DNA of 27,496 nt from Andalucia godoyi And28. Lineage: Eukaryota; Protista; Jakobida. Shown here one piece after another: positions 1 to 9,567 of this stretch. The position numbers and the translations under genes are program-made. The DNA is taken from NCBI GenBank assembly GCA_009859145.1, contig VRVR01000028.1:6865-34360 (forward strand). Direction: 5' to 3'. How positions within the stretch are numbered: position 1 is the stretch's first letter; each line of letters starts with the position of its first letter. The notes beneath the pieces are model-generated. The model saw only the letters and a list, made by a program, of their open reading frames with translations. It ran no database searches and was not told the origin of the DNA.

Positions 1-1702
1 GGATCCCGAAAAGGTACCTGAACTGCCGGACAATTTTCACTTCACCTGGGTGAAGTGATTTCCCCGTGAAAGTGCAACTATCGAGAGATCTGCAGATTGC
101 GAAACGCATGTTTAATGCCCCGCCTGACAACCATGAGTGCAGTGTTTCGAAGGAGTGGTCGTGCTTGACAAGAAGAACAACCAGTCATCAGGTGCAACAC
201 GAAACTGCGGATCAGAAAAAAGCCTTAAGAAAGAGAATGCAAGTGACACTTTACTTATAATGATTTTGCGAGGCATCGTTTACTGAGCCGTTCATATGCC
301 TGATGATATCTGCAGGACGTTAGGACACTATACCGATTTGGTGCAATTGAATCAGGACATTATCGTAAAAGCACAACATTGTTCTTCTTCAGTAATGCCG
401 ACACCACGGAGTTAAAACAAACAAACAAAAAAACGACTAAATATCAAACTGGGATCGCGAAAACAAATAAAGTCGCAGGCTACAGCAACCGTCATCATCT
501 TGGGTAATATGATAAATCATTAATACATAAGATTGCGAATTCATTTCATTCCGCTTTTCGGTCAGCAGCGATATCTGTGAGTACTAATGGCGGTTCCACG
601 GCGATCCTGTGACTCCCCGGCGATCCCTGCAACAGCACGAGCAGCAGCGGCGTACTACTGTGAAATACTGTGTTCTGCCAGAACAACGGTTGTAGTTCTC
701 TAAAAAACTGAATTTAAAAAAACGTACAGATGTCCCCACACATGCCGAACGCTCTCGAGCGCGATGATACCATGGCCATTTTTGATGATCATTTCCCTGT
801 TTTACGAGTCAGTTTTTTATTTTTTTCCAAATTCTCGTTCCGGAGCGTTTGCTGGGTGTACCACGGCACCCCAGACGATCACACAAAAACCCCACTAAGT
901 AAGTCAAAGACGCGCTATTTAACGCGTATCGAAACACCAAAAACCCACGAGCCGTTTCCATTCTGGCATAGCACCAGGTACCCATATTCAACCCTAACCC
1001 ATGGGCTGCAGTACGTGAATGAATCAATTCAGCATGAATGAACGTGTGTGTTTATTGTTTACTTATGCAGTGGGATGGAAAGACGCTGCACGCCATGCAA
1101 CTGCAATGCATCTAGTGTTGACGGAGTGAAAAGAGTGTGGTGGAGTATAATAACTGGTTGACAAAATGTTTTATGTCAATCGACCGTAGTCTAGCGACCT
1201 AGCGGTCGACGATCGACACTGGTACTATCACTCTGTCAGTCCCCAGCATTACCTGAGAAAAAGTCGTCTGGCACACTTTCCTGTATTTATAAAGGAATGC
1301 CCGAGTAGCAGCTCATGTGTCAGGAATTGGAAGATGGCTTCATGCGCAGATGAAGCTGTTCGAGAAGCGTGATAATCTTGGATTGGCTGCGCCAACTGGC
1401 ATTCCCTTTCGTTTGGTAGTCTCATGAGTCCGCTCAATCTTGGACATGATACCCTCAACCAAATCTCTTGTAAGATCATGAGCTTGAAGGGTTTGAAGCG
1501 GACTGAACTGCTAAGCAGGATACAGTTTCCATTTCAGGGAATCCTATATTCATGGGATCCAGATAACGCGGTGCGTGTGCGGTATCGGACATAGTTGAAC
1601 GGAGAGTGGCGAGCGTCGTTGCGAAGTTCAATGCAAGAAACAGGATTAAATATAGCCAATAAAAAATTACATGAGAGGACGGAGGTTGAAACGGTGTGAC
1701 GT

Positions 1703-2332
1703 TTACACGGAAGGGTTCAGAAAACACAGAGCATGGCAACCAATCAGACCGGAGGACTCAGTGGACGCGGCATTCAAAATGTACTGGCCATTTTCAGAAC
1801 TGATAGTACACTGTCCCAAACTAGTCGCCGCTTGCACAAAAGCAAAGCAAGTCGCGGGTAAAGATACGGGAAGTACCAAGACCGCAGAACCAGTGCCTCC
1901 CACGTGGAATACCTGGATATATGTCCCCATAAACACTCGAAGCACGGCCGAGATCGCAGCCACCTCACTGGAGACAGTGGAGATATCGTTTTGCAATTCT
2001 TCTTTCAACACCGCAATCGAGGAATCCGTGTACTCTTCAGAATCGGACTTAGTTTGAGCAAACTTCTGAGGAAGGACAGAGGCAGTGCAATTCGAACGAA
2101 GGTCATAGAAGTCTTGGCAATAATCGCAAGCATCTCCTTGGAAATGTCCGCGAATATCATCATTAAAGCAAGAGCAGTACGGCAAAGGAAGAGGGCCCAA
2201 TCGAACAAGGCGCACACCGTTCTCACAGCGGAAACAGGAAGGATCCGACTGATCGCATCCTGACGCAAATGCTGTCGGTACGATGAAGATTGCTGCGCAC
2301 ACCGCAGAAAGCACCACGGTGGTAAGATGCAT
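1703..2332 (-). CDS. Secreted Cys-rich protein: signal peptide, laminin/EGF-like module, short coiled coil, Cys-containing C-terminal beta domain
   Basis: 209-aa ATG ORF. Hydrophobic N-terminus (MHLTTVVLSAVCAAIFIVPTAFA), CSC-x4-IRGHFQGDACDYC-x7-SNC motif, heptad-like YTDSSIAVLKEELQNDISTVSSEVAAI. Paralogous to 20605-21310. Pyrimidine-rich leader upstream. Confidence 0.75.
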   Translation of the reverse strand: MHLTTVVLSAVCAAIFIVPTAFASGCDQSDPSCFRCENGVRLVRLGPLPLPYCSCFNDDIRGHFQGDACDYCQDFYDLRSNCTASVLPQKFAQTKSDSEEYTDSSIAVLKEELQNDISTVSSEVAAISAVLRVFMGTYIQVFHVGGTGSAVLVLPVSLPATCFAFVQAATSLGQCTISSENGQYILNAASTESSGLIGCHALCFLNPSV

Positions 2333-3309
2333 TTGGTTCGGAGACTGTTGGATTTGAAAAATTGAAAAACTGAATGAATGAATGAGAAGAATGAAAAGAA
2401 CGGGTTTTGGGCAACTATGGAATGGAAATTGTTATTTACAATATTGAGGTCTGCACGAATCCACTATGTTATGCAATCAGACCTCGGGAACTTCAAGTCC
2501 CAAAACTGTCGGATTTCTGTTTGGTCGCACAAGTGGTTGTCGAAGTGTCTTCATCCAGAGACTCACGCTTCCAGGCGGAGTCAGTTTCAAACAGCTGGCG
2601 ACTCTCCTGCTCAGATATCGTTGTTGGGGATCTTCAACTCGGATCCCTTTGCGTGAGCAGGAGCAATAACAATGGGGGCAATCTGGACAGCACACAATTA
2701 AACATTTTCGTCGTGTCTCCGTTCCACTTTTGGAGACATATTGTTCATGTGCTGGTGCAGTGATCCACAGCATGATCAGAAATTTTCTAACTCTTTTTCC
2801 CGGTTTGATGCAGTCATGCAAGTTCTGCTGTGCACAGATCCAGTACACGCGATATTACAGTTTTTTCGGTTTTCAATTTCAGCCTTTTCATGTTTTTGGA
2901 GCTCTAGAATTATTATCAATTGTTTCTTGCAATGATTGTTTGATCCGTATGGTTTGTGGATCTACAGTACAACAAGAGGATTGAATACATATTCGGGCGG
3001 TGAATGATAGTTGTACTGCAATCCATGCCTCCTTTAAGAAGCGATGCGCTATTCCTGGGCAAATCGACGGGTGGCAGCTTGAATATGACAACCGCAGTTC
3101 AATTAGAACTGTTTGCTCACAATTCTTCATAAAGTTTTCAAGTGAGTGTCCGCTCAATCGTTGTGTGTTCACATTCGGTTGCACCTGTTTCGATCGATTT
3201 GTGCCTTTAGTTAATACTGACGAAACAATGACATGTGTAAGCCGCAGATTCCGTCGATGATCCTTACACTCACCGCGTCTTCTGGTGCACAACAGACGCA
3301 CCACGATCC

Positions 3310-4749
3310 TTGGTGAGCCGCCGCCGAACTTTGCACGGTATCACAGACAGGATGTGCGCTGCTGGCGTGATATGGCCGCTGCAGTTTGGATCGTACTATC
3401 TGCTTCGTCCGGCGTTTATGAGCGAGTATGGACAAGCACTCGTGAAAGCAGTGACCTCGGTTTCTGACCAGCGAGGAAGCTATTTGCACCAAGATTTGCT
3501 GCGCGGTGACTTTGTTCATCGAGACGCCTTGTCTGTGCAAATCACGGATCATGAGCATCAGATGATGCTTCATGGCCTGGACCATACGTTCTCGAAGCAG
3601 ACGATTTGCATGCGAGAGGCCGTTGGAGGAAATTCAATGGTCTTGTTTTTTCCGGCACTGTGTCGCATGGAGCATCCGCCGCTGGTTCGCCATCCATCCG
3701 TGCTGGTCACCTATTCGTTTTCGGGGCCTGCGGAAGACATTTATGCAACTCTGGTGATCCGCATGCACTACACGGGCGAGTTCAAAAAGAAGGGGCTTTG
3801 GATGCGTGCTGTTGAATTTTCATCGAAGAAGAGCGATTCGAAGATTATGGGATGTAAGTTGACTCCTGGTACCGAGGAGCGAAACGGGTCGCTGAACGTG
3901 TTTTTCGATCCCCAGATTGAAATCGGCGAGATAATTCTGTTTTGCCAGTTCATTCACAATCACCTTCACCAGAAGAATGCAAAAGACGTTGTGCGAATTC
4001 GCCATTATGTCTGTGCCTGTGGATGCGCGTCAGACAATCACGTTGTTCAAAAAAGAAAGGATCGTGGATGCGACTTTGTTCGTTGTCCTGATTGCGACAA
4101 GAAGATGCCTTTTGAAGACGAGATTGAAAGGCATTTTGTGGATCCGGAGGTGGATGTGCGCGTGGCAGAGCTGAACGTTCAGACGAACTTTGCTCTGGAT
4201 AACGAGAGCAAGGAACGGGTGCTTGTGGGAGAAGTCATTGCGATGGCGTCAAATGCTGGGCAGATCTGCCGCGAGCTCACGACTTCGGATCACGGAATTG
4301 ACGTGGAAATCGAGTTCAAGAACGATGGCCATCAAGACACTGGTCAACGCTTTTATCTGCAGTTGAAATCCTGCGATTCTCACCTTTACAAGAGAGCAAA
4401 TGGCGACGAGGTGTTTCGCATCCCGAACGTCCGACACCACAAATATTGGAGCGAGTCGTCTTCGTATGTGTTTTTGGTGGTTCGATCGTCGAATGGGGAT
4501 ATTCGGTGGATGGCAATCCGCGAGCATTTGAGACAGCTGCATGCCGATCATCCCAACATCGACATTCACCAAATCATCTTTCAAGGCGAGCCGTTCAGCA
4601 TTGCATCGATTCGCCAATGGAGAGAACGAGTGCTTCATGAGGCTCAAGTACCGTGCAGACCTGCGGTTGTGAACCAGCCCACTGCCGAGGACGAGGACGA
4701 CAGTTCATCGGGCCCCTCTTCACCGGCTCCAAAGCGCAGCAAACGGTAA
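3310..4749 (+). CDS. COR-like region + Zn-ribbon + DUF4365-type PD-(D/E)XK nuclease; resembles the C-terminal half of prokaryotic WD40/Roc-COR-DUF4365 proteins; 5'-truncated relative to them
   Basis: 479-codon ORF (TTG start; first ATG at 3352). Segments HPSVLVTYSFSGPAEDIYATLVIRMHY, YVCACGC...CPDC, LDNESKERVLVGEVIAMASNAGQICRE, SDHGIDVEIEFK, FYLQLKS, RHHKYW, IRWM and IFQGEPF match my recollection of that prokaryotic family. No Roc G-motifs are present in this ORF. Confidence 0.85.
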   Translation: MVSRRRTLHGITDRMCAAGVIWPLQFGSYYLLRPAFMSEYGQALVKAVTSVSDQRGSYLHQDLLRGDFVHRDALSVQITDHEHQMMLHGLDHTFSKQTICMREAVGGNSMVLFFPALCRMEHPPLVRHPSVLVTYSFSGPAEDIYATLVIRMHYTGEFKKKGLWMRAVEFSSKKSDSKIMGCKLTPGTEERNGSLNVFFDPQIEIGEIILFCQFIHNHLHQKNAKDVVRIRHYVCACGCASDNHVVQKRKDRGCDFVRCPDCDKKMPFEDEIERHFVDPEVDVRVAELNVQTNFALDNESKERVLVGEVIAMASNAGQICRELTTSDHGIDVEIEFKNDGHQDTGQRFYLQLKSCDSHLYKRANGDEVFRIPNVRHHKYWSESSSYVFLVVRSSNGDIRWMAIREHLRQLHADHPNIDIHQIIFQGEPFSIASIRQWRERVLHEAQVPCRPAVVNQPTAEDEDDSSSGPSSPAPKRSKR

Positions 4750-4990
4750 TCATACGTTCGGTAGATGGCCTCTTTCGTCAAAGTGTGAATGGTAAAGTTG
4801 CGTAACATGCAGTAATGTTGATTCTCAATTGTCCAATCGATGGTCGACGGAACTTCTGACCTTGAGTCTTGAAGTGATGGAGAAACGCCCGAATTTCTTT
4901 TGATGTTCTGTGGCATGTCACTGGACACTTTTTTTTGGGAGCACACATGTTTTTTGGATTTAGAAATAAGGAACTGTATTTGTGTGGACA

Positions 4991-5275
4991 ATGTCGAGCT
5001 GCCTGTTGAGGTTCGTGTTGGCATCGGTATCTGCGGTCGTGGTACCGATCGCGCTGTCTCCTTTGCTTTCTCTGGTTGGGTTTGGAGCAGCGGGAGTGGC
5101 TGTCGGAACTGCTGCTGCGCGCATCCAGAGTAAGTTCTACAGAGGATTGACAAGTGGAATCTTCGCGGTCCTGCAAAGCGTCGGCAGCGCTGGACTGTCC
5201 TCCTCAGCAGCGTGTCTGATTGGTCTGGCAACATTTGCTGCTACTTGGTTCATCATGTCGATGTTCGTGATGTGA
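4991..5275 (+). CDS. IFI6/IFI27 (ISG12, Ifi-6-16)-like small hydrophobic protein
   Basis: 94 aa from ATG 4991. LSLVGFGAAGVAVGTAAARIQS...SGIFAVLQSVGSAGL fits the family pattern GF-x3-G(I/V)-x2-G(S/T)-x-AA-x3-S...G-x2-FA-x-LQS-x-G-x2-G. Confidence 0.7.
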   Translation: MSSCLLRFVLASVSAVVVPIALSPLLSLVGFGAAGVAVGTAAARIQSKFYRGLTSGIFAVLQSVGSAGLSSSAACLIGLATFAATWFIMSMFVM

Positions 5276-5563
5276 TTTCGTCGAGATGTCACTGAAAACC
5301 CACACAGCGAAAATGGTGATGACAATGGACACGCTGGCAATTCTTGTCCTATCGCATGCATTCTAAAACAAGTCCCTCGGTTGACCCTTGTGTTCGATTT
5401 TTATTTGCACTAAAGCCATGTTCGAAAACAACAGAATCCTTTCTTTTTGCTTGTTTTTTGTTCCTTTTCTTGATTTTTGTTTGATTTTTGATTGGTTTTT
5501 TCTTCGTCATCCCGTTGACCGTTGCTCTTTGGACGACATCAACACATTCGCTGTACTACATTC

Positions 5564-5690
5564 ATTCCGCAAGTGGCACTTCCGGAGGGACACGATCCAC
5601 GGCGACGACTCGCGTGATATGCACGCATGATCTGAAACACGCGAGTCGTCGCAATGGGTCATGCCCCTCCGGAAGTGCCACTTAGGGAAT
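5564..5690. repeat. Long imperfect inverted repeat (foldback) with ~53-nt arms and a 21-nt loop
   Basis: Perfect 19-bp pair 5571-5589/5665-5683 (AAGTGGCACTTCCGGAGGG) and perfect 15-bp pair 5602-5616/5638-5652 (GCGACGACTCGCGTG), in register without gaps. Confidence 0.92.
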
Positions 5691-5743
5691 ATTTGCAGTA
5701 AAGAGAGAGTGCCGACGAGCCGGAACGCAGACCAAAGCCTGGA

Positions 5744-6256
5744 TCAAGGAGCATCGACCAGAGAAACATGAATGCGCCGTTGGCGGAGCTCTTGATGAAG
5801 ATTGTGCCATTCGAAATTCTGTACTCCGGGGTCCACATGCAAGATTCCATCTGCAAACATGATATCCACATTGTGCGTGTGGTAACGTCTTTGGATTTCT
5901 TTGATCGTTTCCCCCTGGTTGCCAATGAGTCGAGGGATTTCCTGTTTCAAAATGCGAAAATGCCGTGCGTGAGCACTCCAAGCCTGCGCCGCAACCATTC
6001 GCCGATGATAATCATTGGATGACCGTGGCCGATTCCTCGGAAACGCAGTAATCACAATTGCAGTGCCGTTAGGTCGGTGTTTGATGACTCGGAACGTATG
6101 CGCATTGATGAAGCTGTTTCGTCGCGACAATTCTTCGATAGGTATACCGCGTTCGCGCGCCCGTTGGACGGCATGATGTGTGACCTTCAGAACAGAGGAT
6201 GCAATGGAAAAATTTCCAATGTACTCGTCATACCACCTTTGGATGTTCTTATTCAT
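5744..6256 (-). CDS. DUF4258/RelE-like predicted ribonuclease fused to a KH RNA-binding domain
   Basis: Motif VTHHAVQRARERGIPIEEL...AIVITAF (DUF4258-like), then IPRLIGNQGETIKEIQRRY (KH GxxG loop). Start set at ATG 6256 because the paralogue at 19791 begins at the aligned Met; the ORF track starts at 6355. Confidence 0.75.
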   Translation of the reverse strand: MNKNIQRWYDEYIGNFSIASSVLKVTHHAVQRARERGIPIEELSRRNSFINAHTFRVIKHRPNGTAIVITAFPRNRPRSSNDYHRRMVAAQAWSAHARHFRILKQEIPRLIGNQGETIKEIQRRYHTHNVDIMFADGILHVDPGVQNFEWHNLHQELRQRRIHVSLVDAP

Positions 6257-6859
6257 GTTGAATAGTGCTCTTGTCTTGGAGAATTGAGATGGTGAAAATA
6301 CACGGGAATAAACATCAACATCCACGGTGTCTCTTGGACATGCAAGGATCTCCATATCGAAGAATCACATGGCCCCCAACGCCACCTCCCCGGCACCACT
6401 CCAGCAAGCATGAAAGCAGAATCGAGAACCTCGTGGAGGTTCGCCAATCGGAAATTGCCGGGCCGGCAGCCGCATGCGTGTAACCAGAATCAAAGCAGCA
6501 GCCAGAATGCCGCACCAGAAGGTTTCCATTGCTCGTGCAACATTCTCAAAGAAACTCAGAGACCTCTGGGGCTCTGAGGGTGAGGATGGGAGGCGAGCAA
6601 TTTACGAAATTTGCAATCTGGATTGGGAGTTAGCGCAGGAAGACAGCGAGGTGCTCAGGCAACGATTCGTGTAGTGTGAGACGCGAGTCGCTGTGCCGCA
6701 GGCAGTCGGGGAATTTTGCGGGACGGGGGTCACACTACAGTCAGAACATCCCAAATTTCGAGTTTTAAGGAAACGAGGACCGACATCAACAGCCTGATAC
6801 TTTTTTTCTTTCTTTCTTCTTTTTGCCTGTGCGTTTATGCACTGTTCCGATATAAAGTG

Positions 6860-7492
6860 ATGGCGATGGTAAGTAGGGAGAGCTATGAAGAGAACGTGCA
6901 GACGATTCAGGAACGGGAGAAAAAGAGGGCATGGATGAGGTACGATCCCACCTCGGACGGACCGCTGCACAATTGGCTGTCTCGGAATCGTCCAACTCAA
7001 GTGTGTGCAGACGAGGTAGCATGGATCTGCATTTCCAATCCGTTCCGGCAACAAGAAGAAAATGAGGAAGCAAGTGATCTGGGTGCAATGATCGACATGT
7101 GGAACGACTATGCCGCTCATCTTTGGAGACCCGCCGAAATGGTTGCATATGCGGACGACCTTGCCAGAGAATTCAATGTCTTGAGTGGAAAATGGATGGT
7201 TTTCTGCGATCCGACCACTGTCGACGGAGCATGGGAATCGATCTGTGTTGGTGTTTTTCAAGGATCTCTTGGATCCGCTGCCAAGGTGAGTCCTATTGGA
7301 AATCAGTCAAGGTCCGTGATTTGCGTGTACACGAGCGATTACATGGACAGAGCAGGTGTATTTCGGCTGCGAGACATCCTGCGAAGACTGGGCTTCACGG
7401 CAGGACTCGGATTCAAGCCGGATGTGTACACTCATTTGGGGATATACAGGGGAAATCCATGGAACATACGCCCAGTCCGTTACTGGGATTGA
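6860..7492 (+). CDS. DUF1917 / UPF0696 (C11orf68/Bles03-like) protein, eIF4E-like fold
   Basis: LSGKWMVF...VDGAWESI...AAKVSP...VICVYTSDYMD...V...LRRLG....FKPDVYTHLGIY-x2-NPW is the characteristic DUF1917 pattern. First ATG (6860) follows a T-tract. Confidence 0.85.
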   Translation: MAMVSRESYEENVQTIQEREKKRAWMRYDPTSDGPLHNWLSRNRPTQVCADEVAWICISNPFRQQEENEEASDLGAMIDMWNDYAAHLWRPAEMVAYADDLAREFNVLSGKWMVFCDPTTVDGAWESICVGVFQGSLGSAAKVSPIGNQSRSVICVYTSDYMDRAGVFRLRDILRRLGFTAGLGFKPDVYTHLGIYRGNPWNIRPVRYWD

Positions 7493-7723
7493 TTGACCTC
7501 TCGATCGGGTTTATTGGTCAAGGAAGAACCTGACGGTCAGTGAATTCCTTTGAATTATTCGTGAACGCAAGAAACGGATAATCGGTGGTTCAATTGAGTA
7601 TGCGGTCAGAAAATGTTTACAAAGACGGAGTACTCGGTACTCGACGTCGATGACTGTTAGCAGTGCGCTCACCACCAAACGCTGCTAAAAATCCAAGGAC
7701 GTAAAGAACAGCCAGCAGAAAAC

Positions 7724-8260
7724 TTATGCGCGATAAACACGAAATTCACGAGAACTGTCTGCTTGGACCTCGCCGCTGAATCCACAGTCATATTCGTCAA
7801 ATCCCTCTTCACTCAGACCAAAACCTTGTACAGACGTGCATGGAATGCCCCTGGTGAGGCAGAACTCAAAGAATGCGTCGACATATCGAGAAACCTGGTC
7901 ACGCAGCCTCTGGCGGCTCTGTCTCCTGCGTGTGCACGCTGTTCGGCCGCTCATTGTTTCTCCTTGAATAAACTTCACTTCCACCACTGCGAATCGTCCA
8001 CCACCATCAGTGAACACCAGATCGCCTTTGCCCATGTCTGTGCGAGACTCTGCAACCTCCCATTCGTACTCGACGAGAAACGGATGGGCGATGTGAAACC
8101 GAGTCATTCGGTCCGTGGCCTGCCGCACTGTTCCGGGGATCTCGCAGTAGTTGCGAGAGACGAAGGCCTGAAGAAGCTTGAATTCGTTGTTGATGCTCCA
8201 GGTGCGCTCTCGAATGTAGGAACGCAGAACAGCGTCTCGCACTTGCGCGGATGGCTCCAT
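7724..8260 (-). CDS. Stand-alone PD-(D/E)XK restriction-endonuclease-like protein
   Basis: HPFLVEYEWEV...GKGDLVF-x5-FAVVEVK followed by a basic patch and LRDQVSRY helix. Likely start ATG 8260 (ORF open to 8365). Confidence 0.7.
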   Translation of the reverse strand: MEPSAQVRDAVLRSYIRERTWSINNEFKLLQAFVSRNYCEIPGTVRQATDRMTRFHIAHPFLVEYEWEVAESRTDMGKGDLVFTDGGGRFAVVEVKFIQGETMSGRTACTRRRQSRQRLRDQVSRYVDAFFEFCLTRGIPCTSVQGFGLSEEGFDEYDCGFSGEVQADSSREFRVYRA

Positions 8261-8676
8261 GTTCTTTCTTCTGTGCGACTTGCAGGACTCAACGAGAGCG
8301 ATGCGTACAGCACAAGGTGTTGAACAAGAGATGTTGCATATTGTCGCCCTTCCGAAACGAAGCATCCAGAGATACCAGGCTCTGGAACTGCAGACTCCAT
8401 CGCCGGATCCTGCCGTTCGGCAAACGTTGCTTCTCCGTCATCTCGTTGAAAGCATATGACGCAATCTGTTACTTCTACCGAACCCACCAGCTCGTACCAA
8501 GGTGCGGAATTGCAAAGTTGCATTTAATCGTCTTCCTCCTCACACACCAGTATAGCAGAAAGCATGCACACACCGAATAAAATGGAACGGTCCGTTTAAT
8601 GACAACAATCCAGAATGATCAGGTCCATTTCATGTTGAAAGGGGAGAAAAAGCACAAGTGGTTCCCTGCTGCTTGG

Positions 8677-9567
8677 TCAGTTGTCCACCGTGGAAACTGC
8701 ATTCTCGGAAAACATGATTGTTTGTTGCCGCCCAGCATTTCCGAACCAGTTGCCAGATCCGTGGAACTTGATCGATTCGGTAGAAGATGTCGGCTCGAGA
8801 ACGAGTGTTCCGGAGAACAATAGCTCTTCGAAGGGCCCCGCGTTCTCGGAAGCAGCAACGACTTTGTAAATAGAGACGTTTCCATTCGGAAGGCCATGAG
8901 CAAAGGATCCCTGGATGCGCCAGTGCTTTGGAATCACAAGCGTTCCTTCGCCGTGGAACTGCAGCTCGAGAAACGACCCGACAAACGCGTCGTACATGTT
9001 GTCTTTGTCGCGGGGCATTCCAACAAAGTCGCGAGCTCCCGCAGCAACAGCATCGGCCACCTTTGTAGCGGTTGACTCTGGATTCTTGATGCGCCGAAGC
9101 ACTGACTGGGCAATCGTGGTTCCGTGCTCCGACCAGTACTTGCGGCAGGCTGCCATGCATTTTGACACTAAAATGCGGTCTGCATGGCAACGCACTGCGT
9201 TGAGAGTTTGAGTCGTAACTGCGCCAACACCAACAAGAAGTCCGATTCCAGCCCACATGCTACGACCAAGACTCGCGGCCTTGAGAAAGGTTGTCACTGC
9301 TGCGCCGCCACGGACAGCAGTCGTTGCAACGGCAGCGATCCCGGTCACTGGCAGAACAACCGTCGCAGCAAGCGAGGCAACGGACAGTGTCGCGATGGTG
9401 TACCGACGAGCAGCAGTTTCATCCATCCAGAACTCGTACAAGTGCTCGGGAAGCTCAACAGTCCCTTCGTCAGTCCGCAGCGGGAATACATTGGAAGCAG
9501 TCGAATGCTCGAATGCATCAGCTGCAATTTTTTTGAGCGAGACCAGAATTTCCGAGGGCTCCGTCAT
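8677..9567 (-). CDS. Hypothetical protein with Ala/Gly-rich hydrophobic segments and about two MORN-like repeats
   Basis: ORF open to 9636, first ATG at 9567. Hydrophobic ATLSVASLAATVVLPVTGIAAV and MWAGIGLLVGVGAV. FVGSFLELQFHGEGTL-x5-IQGSFAHGLPNG resembles tandem MORN repeats. Confidence 0.6.
   Translation of the reverse strand: MTEPSEILVSLKKIAADAFEHSTASNVFPLRTDEGTVELPEHLYEFWMDETAARRYTIATLSVASLAATVVLPVTGIAAVATTAVRGGAAVTTFLKAASLGRSMWAGIGLLVGVGAVTTQTLNAVRCHADRILVSKCMAACRKYWSEHGTTIAQSVLRRIKNPESTATKVADAVAAGARDFVGMPRDKDNMYDAFVGSFLELQFHGEGTLVIPKHWRIQGSFAHGLPNGNVSIYKVVAASENAGPFEELLFSGTLVLEPTSSTESIKFHGSGNWFGNAGRQQTIMFSENAVSTVDN

Noticed and set aside
37-58. Perfect 10-bp palindrome TCACTTCACC-TG-GGTGAAGTGA
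   Set aside because: One such palindrome is not far from chance expectation in 27 kb, and there is no supporting context.
1-1700. Short ORFs at 66-260, 730-1041, 809-1027, 1249-1479 and 1476-1739
   Set aside because: No motifs, low-complexity A/T tracts and mutually overlapping frames; most likely UTR, intergenic or decayed sequence.
2400-3309. Missing Roc/WD40 N-terminus of the DUF4365 gene in upstream exons
   Set aside because: No GxxxxGK(S/T), DxxGQ or WD motifs were found in the plus-strand frames I read. The short ORFs here match nothing recognisable.
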